From: Symploca sp. SIO2E9
GTDB taxonomy: Bacteria > Cyanobacteriota > Cyanobacteriia > Cyanobacteriales > Coleofasciculaceae
Assembly: GCA_010692645.1 (NCBI GenBank)
Contig: JAAHGS010000030.1
Location: 15,553 to 47,552 of the forward strand
DNA: 32,000 bases
Direction: 5' to 3'
A model generated the notes under the pieces. It searched no databases. It was not told the origin of the DNA and saw nothing but the letters and a program-made list of their open reading frames with translations. The position numbers and the translations under genes were made by a program. Shown in pieces: positions 25,036-32,000 of this stretch; within the stretch, counting starts at the first letter, position 1, and each line of letters opens with the position of its first letter.

Positions 25036-25137
25036 GGGTGAGCGAAAAAAAGAGTGGGGAAATAAGTAAGCAGACGCGGAGACGCGGAGACGCGGAGACG
25101 CGGAGAATTCAAGTCCCACGCAAAATTTCGTTCACCC
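25036..25137 (-). mobile_element. Family-A MITE copy 3 (102 bp, inverted orientation) with a perfect 9-bp target-site duplication that contains the upstream gene's stop codon
   Basis: The sequence runs gggtgagcgaaaaaaagag...gacgcgga x4...aaatttcgttcaccc. The flanks are identical: gtgtgaaag at 25027-25035 and 25138-25146. The TGA at 25030-25032 is the stop of the 589-aa ORF. Confidence 0.85.
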
Positions 25138-25212
25138 GTGTGAAAGTATACTTGGTCTGTGGATTACCAAGTGTTATAGATTTTATGTAATCTGATTCCA
25201 GCTAGCATTTCT

Positions 25213-25887
25213 ATGGAACCCACAGATAGACCCAGAGTGAAAATATGCTGTATTAGCAGCGTTGAGGAAGCTAAGCTGGCGATTCGTTACGGTGCTTCAG
25301 CATTGGGCTTAGTGTCTGAGATGCCGAATTGTTCGGGAGTAGTCTCCGAAGCTTTGATTGCCCAAGTAGCAGGGATGGTGCCGCCTTCAGTATCTTCATT
25401 TTTGCTTACTAATAAGCACAATGCCTTAGAGATTAGGGCACAGCAACGGCGCTTGGGTGTCAACACCATTCAGATTTGTGATCAACTCCAATTTGGTACT
25501 TACGAAGATTTGCGTCAGACATTGCCAGGAATTGACCTAGTGCAAGTGATTCAGGTTAGAGGCGTAGAATCAATAGAAGAGGCTGTTGCTGTAGCTCCTC
25601 ACGTCTCAGGACTTTTACTTGATGCTGGTAGTCGAGATTTAAGTGTCACAGAAGTTGTTGCTACAGAACCAATTTGCGATTGGGAGATTAGCAGACGCAT
25701 ACGCGAGTTAGTGGAGGTACCGGTGTTTCTGGCAGGAGGACTTAATCCTGATAACGTGACGACAGCAATTGAACAAGTAAAACCCTTCGCTGTCAACGTT
25801 GGCGAGGGTATTCGCACCCATGGCAAATTGGATGAGGATAAGCTCTCTAAATTCGTTAGTCAAGTTTGGATGGCTGCCGGTAATTAG
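25213..25887 (+). CDS. trpF: Phosphoribosylanthranilate isomerase (TrpF-family)
   Basis: A 224-aa ORF. The motifs are RVKICCISSVEEAKLAIRYGASALGLV, LLDAGS and VFLAGGLNPDNVTTAI, which fit the PRAI TIM-barrel pattern. The usual KICG reads KICC here. Confidence 0.75.
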   Translation: MEPTDRPRVKICCISSVEEAKLAIRYGASALGLVSEMPNCSGVVSEALIAQVAGMVPPSVSSFLLTNKHNALEIRAQQRRLGVNTIQICDQLQFGTYEDLRQTLPGIDLVQVIQVRGVESIEEAVAVAPHVSGLLLDAGSRDLSVTEVVATEPICDWEISRRIRELVEVPVFLAGGLNPDNVTTAIEQVKPFAVNVGEGIRTHGKLDEDKLSKFVSQVWMAAGN

Positions 25888-25896
25888 TAAGTAGTA

Positions 25897-25930
25897 AGAC
25901 AGAAATAAACGATTTATTTCTGTCTTTTTA
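25897..25930 (+). terminator. Rho-independent terminator of the trpF-like gene
   Basis: A perfect 13-bp stem pairs agacagaaataaa (25897-25909) with tttatttctgtct (25913-25925), with a 3-nt loop. It is followed by TTTTTA and starts 10 nt after the stop codon. Confidence 0.85.
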
Positions 25931-25962
25931 TTTATTACCTTTGATAGATAAATTTTCTGAGT

Positions 25963-26062
25963 TATAGCAGTCGCCACAGCTGTTAGGACACTTTCTTGTT
26001 CCCTGTTACCTGTTCCCTTTGAATCAAAATAGGATGTCCTAACTGACATGTCCGTTGCTATA
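25963..26062. mobile_element. Family-C-related MITE (TATAGCA...TGCTATA termini, CTGTTCC heptamer core)
   Basis: The sequence is tatagcagtcgcc...gttaggaca...cttgttccctgttacctgttccc...tgtcctaac...ccgttgctata. It has the same terminal hexamer, inner inverted repeat and heptamer core as copies 5820-5921 and 30929-31044, but the arms are more diverged. Confidence 0.45.
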
Positions 26063-26219
26063 TCTGCTTGAAAAATTTTAGCTTAAGAAAATTTTCATAA
26101 TCTTCTTAAGTTGCTTCACAAATAATTCACAACCACTTCATCAAAAACAGTGAAGCTAGTTATTAACACAAAATAAATACCGACAGCCACCAAGAACTTA
26201 AAACTAAGGACTTAAAACA

Positions 26220-27483
26220 ATGAGGCTGATAGTTTACTCACATGATGCCTTTGGTCTTGGTAACATTAGCAGAATGCTTGCTATCTGTAAGTACCTGTTA
26301 GATACCTCCTCAGAAAATTCTATTTTGCTAATATCAGGTTCTCCTGTTTTGCATAGCTTTCGGATGCCTCAGGGCTTAGATTATATTAAATTGCCTTGCT
26401 TAGGACGAGACAAGTCTGGCAAAATATCTGCTAAATTTCTGGGAAAAAAGCCTCAACAAGTAGCCAAGTTGCGTTCTGAAATTATTAAAGCAGCTATTAT
26501 TAATTTTGAACCGAATCTAATTCTTGTTGATAAAAAACCCTATGGTTTACAGGGAGAGTTAAAATCGACTCTCACTTACTTAAAACAACATTCACCCAAA
26601 ACTAAATTAGTGCTACTTCTGAGAGATATTCTTGACGCACCATCTATAACAATTAAGGAATGGAATAAAAATGGTTATTATCAAGCATTGCAACACTATT
26701 ATCACCAAATATTAATAGTCGGAATACCTGAAGTTTTTGACATTATAAAAGAGTATAATTTTCCACAATCAATTGCAAATAAAACGAAATTTTGTGGTTA
26801 TATCCGTAGGGAATATGGATGTAAACCACCTGAAGTTATTCGTCAAGAATTAAATCTAAAAGCGGATGAAAAATTAGTATTAGTCACACCTGGAGGTGGA
26901 GGAGATGGCTATCACTTAGTCGCAACATATCTACAGGGATTAGAACAACTTCCCTCTCAATCTAATATCAGAAGCTTAATTATTTATGGTCCCGAAATGC
27001 CAGAAGAATTGAGCCAGAATCTTTTGCAAATAGCTCATAAATTTTCTCAGGTACAAATATCAGAATTTACTGATTTTAAAACTTCAGCAAGCTGCTTTAG
27101 ATAAGCATAATCTTACCTTACAAAGATACACACCAAATCTGATTAATTACATGAAAAAAGTTGAACTCTCAATCAGTTTAACTGGATACAACACCACGAT
27201 GAATATTATCAAAACTGGTGTTAATGCTCTGGTAGTTCCTATCGGTCACTATCGCCAAGATAAAGAGCAGTTAATTAGGACGGAGAAACTTGAAAATCTT
27301 GGAATTGTTAAAGTTCTTGAGCCTGAAAAATTAGAACCTACTTATCTAGCTCAAAAAATAATTGGCTGCTTACACAACAAGTTAGAGGTAAAACCTAATC
27401 ATAATTTTGACCTTGAAGGGTCTAAAAATACTGCTGTGTTCTTGAAAGAATTATTACAAAATAATATTGCTATTGCTGCTTAG
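26220..27483 (+). pseudogene. COG4671 / GT28-C-like glycosyltransferase split into two ORFs (26220-27104 and 27151-27483)
   Basis: ORF1 begins MRLIVYSHDAFGLGNISRMLAI, contains LVLVTPGGGGDGY, and ends ...QVQISEFTDFKTSASCFR*. ORF2, in the +1 frame, carries the expected continuation: its frame reads ...HNLTLQRYTPNLINYMKKVELSISLTGYNTTMNIIKTGVNALVVPIG... and is open from 27034. Together the two parts equal one normal-length enzyme. Confidence 0.65.
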
Positions 27484-27578
27484 TTCAGGCTTGAGGGATT
27501 CCTGAACACCGTTTACTGATAATTGAAATGAGCAAGCGCATTAAATAAAAAGAATTGAAGGCAGTTATACCCGAAATT

Positions 27579-29505
27579 ATGCGTATAGGCAGACGGTTTT
27601 TACCCTATATACGCAAACGCAAATTATTAATTATAGGTTCTTTCTTCGCACTTTTAGTTGACACAGGATTCCGATTACTAGAACCTTGACCTCTAAAATT
27701 TGTGTTTGACCAGGTTTTAGTTGCACAAACTGATAGCTCTTTCAACGTTATAGTAAATGGCGGAATCGATCCGATACTGCTGCTAACCCTATTAGCTTTA
27801 TCTATTGTCTTCATCTCTGTGTTGGGTAGCTTTGCTGCTTATGTGAGCACCTTTGGTATGGCCTTAGCATCAGTGCAGATATTAACCGATATTCGTAGCG
27901 ATCTATTCAGTCACCTTCAACGCTTATCTCTAAACTTTTATTTCAAGCATAAAAGTGGTGATTTAATTGCTTGCGTCACCGCTGATATAGACCGCATCAA
28001 ACTGGCTATTGTTAAAGTTATTCTTCCACTTATAACTAACATGATAACTCTATTGGGAATGTTAGTAGTTATGAGTTGGATAAATTGGCAATTATCCCTG
28101 ATTGCGTTGATAGTTTTTCCCATTTCTATTACTGCTATCACTCGCTTGGTTGGTCAGATTCGCCTTGCTAGTCGAGAACATCGTAAGCTTCAGGGAATTT
28201 TAGCTGCAACTACTAGCGAAACCATTGGCGCAATCAAGGTTATACAGGCGCTCTCCCTACACAACCAACTTGAAGACATTTTTGCCGAACAAAACAATCA
28301 AACCTTAAATCACGGGACAAAATCCCTCAAACTCTCGACTGTTCTACAACGAACAGTACAGGTTTTAATAGCGATTGCTATTGCCCTTGTTTTATGGCGT
28401 GGTTCGCATCTAGTTATCCAAAAATCTCTGACTCCTGGCGATTTGCTGGTATTCATCACCTATCTCAAAAACGCTTTTGAACCCCTGCGTAAGCTTGCCA
28501 ATCAATTGGGAGATATTGCTAAAGCCACTGCCTCTGGGGAACGGATTATAGATATCCTTGACTACGAACCTCATGTTCGCAACCTACCCAATGCTAAACC
28601 TGCTCATCCTTTCTTTGGTGCGCTGCGCTTTGAGAATGTGAGCTTTGGGTACGAATCGAGCCATGAAATTTTACGGAATGTCTCCTTTGAGGTGCAACCA
28701 GGTCAACAAATTGCTATTGTCGGTGCTTCCGGTGGTGGAAAATCAACCTTAATCAGTTTGATCCTTCGTCTCTACGATCCTAATTCTGGTCGTATTCTCA
28801 TTGACGGGCAGGATTTGCGGGAATACACATTACAGTCTCTACGAAAGCAAATTAGTGTTGTCCTGCAGGAGAGTATCTTATTTGCCGGTACCATCGGCGA
28901 TAATATTGCCTACGGAAAAATAGGCGCTTCTGATGCAGAGATTGAACGAGCAGGCAAAATCGCCAATGCCCACGACTTTATCATTAATCTGCCTGACGGT
29001 TACAACACCATTTTAGGGGAAAGAGGCATTAAAGACGCGGGGACACGGTGACACGGGGACGCGGGGACAAATTGGATGGGGATTTGACCCCAACCAATTT
29101 TATGCACCGCAAGTGACGGTGGGGTATTTAACCCAAATTAATTTCGATAACCTCTCAGGAGGTCAACGACAAAGAATTGCAATTGCCCGCGCTGCTATCC
29201 GCCAAGCACCAATTGTCATCCTTGATGAACCCACGACGGGTTTAGATAATGCTAGCGAACAAGCACTCAATCAAGCACTCAGTCGTCTGACTCAACAACG
29301 GACAACCTTCCTTATCTCTCACAATCTTAGAGCAGTGGAACAGGCCGATTTAATTCTCTACCTAGAAGGTGGAGAAATTATAGAACGAGGAACACACCAG
29401 CAACTGATGGTTAAAGCTAAGCATTATGCCTCACTCTACCAACTTCAAAATGCCTATCATCCTCCCATTTTACAAGCTATGAACCTGAGCAATTCTGAAT
29501 TTTAA
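27579..29505 (+). pseudogene. ABC exporter (fused TMD-NBD, MsbA-like) inactivated by an in-frame TGA and a MITE insertion
   Basis: The ATG at 27579 gives MRIGRRFLPYIRKRKLLIIGSFFALLVDTGFRLLEP, then a TGA (27687-27689), then PLKFVFDQVL in the same frame. The reading frame breaks after GERG-I (29028-29030) and resumes at N-LSGGQRQRIAIARA (29149 onward). The track ORFs 27702.. and 29113.. begin at GTG codons. Walker A is GASGGGKST and Walker B is IVILDEPTTGLD. Confidence 0.8.
29033..29150 (+). mobile_element. Family-B MITE, long copy (four 8-mer units), inserted inside the ABC exporter gene
   Basis: The copy is flanked by TAA (29030-29032 and 29148-29150). It contains gacgcggg gacacggt gacacggg gacgcggg (29034-29065), followed by arms that match 2341-2430 in reverse complement. 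Removing 29033-29150 gives ggc att aac ctc tca gga ggt caa, which reads G-I-N-L-S-G-G-Q in frame. Confidence 0.85.
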
Positions 29506-29508
29506 ATT

Positions 29509-30786
29509 ATGAAAATTGCCTTTTTAGTTTGGCGCTTTCCGGTTATCTCCGAACCATTTATTCTTAATCAAATTACTGGTTTAATTGATCGTGGGCATCA
29601 AGTAGATATCTACCCCTGTGTTGTTGATCAGGATGCTTCAGACAAAACGACTAAGGTACATCCGGCAGTAGAACAATATCGCCTACTTGATCGAATTTAT
29701 TATGCCCCCAAACGACCTAAAAACAAGCTATGGCGATGGTTTAAAGCGATGGGGTTACTCTTAGCCAATTTTTACAAAAATCCTTCAGTCTGTCTGCAAT
29801 TAGTCAATGCGGGTAAGTTATGCTATCGGGCTATCCCCTTTTTGGGCAGAGGCTCCTACGATATCATTCACTGTCAGTTTGGCACCTTGGGATTGGTGGG
29901 ACTATCCTTGCGTCAGGCGGGGATTCTTAAAGGACAAATAATTACTACCTTTCGCGGTATTGATATCAGTCGCTATGTTCAAGAGCATGGCAATTGTGTT
30001 TACAATCAGCTTTTTAGGGAAGGTGAATTTTTTCTGGCCAATTGCCAATTCTTCCGCCAAAAAGCGCTTAATTTAGGCTGTAATCCCAATCAAATTATTG
30101 TTCATGCTTCGGGCATCGATTGCCGTAAATTTAATTTCAAACCCCGTTATTTCCCAGCAGATGGTTTAGTTCGTATTCTCACTACGGGTCGTTTGGTAGA
30201 AAAGAAAGGAATCAAATATTGTCTGATCGCGATTGCTAAACTGTCTCGAATTTATCCTAACATCCAATTCACGATTGTCGGTGATGGCCCCTTAAAGACA
30301 GAATTTGAAAGACAAATTAAAACACTCAATATCAGTCATTTGGTTAAATTGATCGGTTGGAAAAATCAACGAGAACTAATAAAAATACTCGATAATTATC
30401 ATATCTTTCTCGCTCCCAGTGTCACGGCTGCCGATGGTAATCAGGATGCCCCTGTCAATACCTTAAAAGAAGCAATGGCGATGGGTTTACCCGTCATCAG
30501 TACCGAGCACGGCGGTATTCCGGAACTAGTAGAAGATGGGGTGTCAGGGTTCCTTGTTCCCGAAAGAGATGCCGAGGCAATCGCTGAAAAATTGCAATAT
30601 TTACTCGAAAATCCTGAAATTTGGCAACAAATGGGGTCATCTGGTCGTAACCGCGTTGTCCAAAAATACGACATGGAAACTCTCAACAATGAGCTCGTAG
30701 AAATTTATCAAACTCTTTTGCTTTCCCAAGGCACCAAAGGTTTCAACTCTAGTGCGATTACTTCCCTAATTGTCCCTGTAGGCTGA
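29509..30786 (+). CDS. GT4-family glycosyltransferase (WcaL-like)
   Basis: A 425-aa ORF whose ATG lies 3 nt after the ABC gene stop. It begins MKIAFLVWRFPVISEPFILNQITGL and carries the motifs TTGRLVEKKGI, FTIVGDGPLK and EAMAMGLPVISTEHGGIPELVEDGVSGFLVPERD. Confidence 0.85.
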   Translation: MKIAFLVWRFPVISEPFILNQITGLIDRGHQVDIYPCVVDQDASDKTTKVHPAVEQYRLLDRIYYAPKRPKNKLWRWFKAMGLLLANFYKNPSVCLQLVNAGKLCYRAIPFLGRGSYDIIHCQFGTLGLVGLSLRQAGILKGQIITTFRGIDISRYVQEHGNCVYNQLFREGEFFLANCQFFRQKALNLGCNPNQIIVHASGIDCRKFNFKPRYFPADGLVRILTTGRLVEKKGIKYCLIAIAKLSRIYPNIQFTIVGDGPLKTEFERQIKTLNISHLVKLIGWKNQRELIKILDNYHIFLAPSVTAADGNQDAPVNTLKEAMAMGLPVISTEHGGIPELVEDGVSGFLVPERDAEAIAEKLQYLLENPEIWQQMGSSGRNRVVQKYDMETLNNELVEIYQTLLLSQGTKGFNSSAITSLIVPVG

Positions 30787-30928
30787 GTATTTAGAACAGC
30801 AAACCAACTTAACCCTGTTCTGTCACTTTGGGGTGAAAACTTGAATCTTCCTAGGCTGTATCCTCGAAAAATCCTCAATTTATCCGAGAGTGATGAAAGA
30901 GAGTTAATTAAACCTAGTAAAATAGAGC

Positions 30929-31044
30929 TATAGCGTTTCTCCAATAACTGAGATACACCTAGTTCTGTTCCCTACTCCCTGCTCCCTACTCCCTGGTCCC
31001 TAAAACCAAGAAATTTGTATCTCACCAATTTGAGAAGTGCTATA
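30929..31044. mobile_element. Family-C MITE copy 2 (116 bp) ending 6 bp before the next gene's ATG
   Basis: The sequence is tatagcgtttctc...gagatacacc...ctgttcc ctactcc ctgctcc ctactcc ctggtcc...gtatctcacc...gagaagtgctata. The terminal inverted repeat matches at 11 of 13 positions. Confidence 0.65.
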
Positions 31045-31050
31045 TTAATC

Positions 31051-32000
31051 ATGCAAAAACCAAAAGTTACAATCGTCGTTGTTCCCCGTGAACGTTTTAG
31101 CTGTACCCAACAATCCCTAGAAAGCATCTACAAACATACCCAATATCCCTTCAAGTTAGTTTACGTTGATGGCAATTCACCGAAAAAAGTACACTTTGAT
31201 CTACAAAATCAAGCACAAGAAAAAAACTTTCAACTAGTAAGAACTGATTACTATCTTTATCCCAACCAGGCGCGGAATATAGGCTTGGATTATGTAGATA
31301 CCGAGTATGTCGTCTTTTTTGATAATGATGTAGTTGTTACCCCAGGATGGTTAGAAGCCTTGGTCACTTGTGCAGAAGAGACAAATGCAACAGTTGTCGG
31401 TCCCTTGATGTGCGAAAAGCAACCTTTACATCAACGCATTCACTTTGCTGGCGGGGAATGCCACATCGTCACTGACATTAAGGGCAAAAAGCATTTGCGA
31501 GAGAAAATGTATAGACAAGGACAGCAAGTTACCAAGGTTTTGCCTTACCTGCAAAGGATGTCAACTGAACTTACCGAGTTTCACCTGATGCTAGTCCGCA
31601 GAGAAATCTTTGCTCGCGTTGGCAAATTAGATGAAGCCATGCTCAATACTAAAGAACATCTAGATTTCTGTCTGGCAGTTGCTCAAACAGGCGGTACGAT
31701 TTACTTTGAGCCAACTAGTCTCGCTACCTATGTACCAGGTCCTCCCCTAGACTGGACAGACATCCATTTCTTCATGTTGCGTTGGAGTGATGCTTGGACT
31801 TTAAGCAGTTTAAACCACTTACGACAGAAGTGGAACTTGTCGGAGGATGGCTACTTTAAAACCAAATTTCAAAAGCTAGGATGGCGTCGAAAATCAACCA
31901 TTGTCATTCCTTTGACCAGAAAATTGAGCTTTGGCAACAAGAATAAACCATTAAAAAAAATTCTTAGTAAGTTTGAACGAAGGCTCAACTACTATCTGAC
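31051..32000 (+). CDS. GT2-like glycosyltransferase; the 3' end runs off the window
   Basis: This ORF is absent from the track because it has no stop in the window. I read every codon from the ATG at 31051 to 32000 and found no stop. It begins MQKPKVTIVVVPRERFSCTQQSLESIYKHT and contains VYVDGNSP and VVFFDNDVVVTPGWLEAL, a DxD-type motif in a GT-A fold context. Confidence 0.75.
   Translation, partial: MQKPKVTIVVVPRERFSCTQQSLESIYKHTQYPFKLVYVDGNSPKKVHFDLQNQAQEKNFQLVRTDYYLYPNQARNIGLDYVDTEYVVFFDNDVVVTPGWLEALVTCAEETNATVVGPLMCEKQPLHQRIHFAGGECHIVTDIKGKKHLREKMYRQGQQVTKVLPYLQRMSTELTEFHLMLVRREIFARVGKLDEAMLNTKEHLDFCLAVAQTGGTIYFEPTSLATYVPGPPLDWTDIHFFMLRWSDAWTLSSLNHLRQKWNLSEDGYFKTKFQKLGWRRKSTIVIPLTRKLSFGNKNKPLKKILSKFERRLNYYL

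Noticed and set aside
23041-25137. Two inverted family-A MITEs flanking the DUF3352-like gene, considered as a composite transposon
   Set aside because: Each MITE has its own matched 9-bp duplication (ccatcccaa versus gtgtgaaag). They are therefore independent insertions and not the ends of one mobilised unit.
25708-26049. 113-aa minus-strand ORF
   Set aside because: It overlaps the 3' end of the trpF-like gene, its terminator and the family-C-related MITE. It has no coding support.

Overview
This is a cyanobacterial chromosome segment, most likely from a filamentous heterocyst-forming lineage. Supporting signs are several HIP1 GCGATCGC sites, a HetP-family gene, and abundant 7-8-nt tandem repeats embedded in small inverted-repeat elements.

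Positions 1-21191 form one minus-strand gene array:
- a partial JmjC/cupin oxygenase
- a small gene for a double-glycine-leader Asp/Val-rich peptide
- an FkbM methyltransferase
- a 710-aa unknown protein
- a PIG-L deacetylase
- a TPR-GT4 glycosyltransferase
- a roughly 1400-aa TPR-GT41-TPR-GT2 fusion protein
- a HetP-family protein
- a HlyD adaptor
- a 1048-aa cNMP-domain/C39-peptidase ABC exporter (HetC-like)
- hrcA
- a rhodanese

The most notable locus is at 21.3-23.0 kb on the plus strand. It is a solo IscB gene (an OMEGA RNA-guided nuclease with PLMP, split RuvC, HNH and an Arg-rich bridge) preceded by a structured, ORF-free, GC-rich region. That region is the expected position of its omega RNA (HEARO-type). 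No TnpA gene is present.

Downstream on the plus strand are a DUF3352-like membrane protein, a trpF-like isomerase with a clean terminator, a split COG4671/GT28-like glycosyltransferase, and an ABC exporter pseudogene. The pseudogene is broken by an in-frame TGA and by a 118-bp MITE inserted exactly between GERG and LSGGQ. A GT4 gene and a partial GT2 gene follow.

At least four MITE-like families are present:
- Family A has three copies, each with a perfect 9-bp target-site duplication.
- Family B has two copies flanked by TAA.
- Family C has three copies with TATAGC termini.
- A nested pair lies at 1777-1986.

Several of these families carry variable-copy 7-8-nt tandem-repeat cores.

All calls come from reading the sequence by eye. 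No database searches or RNA folding were run.
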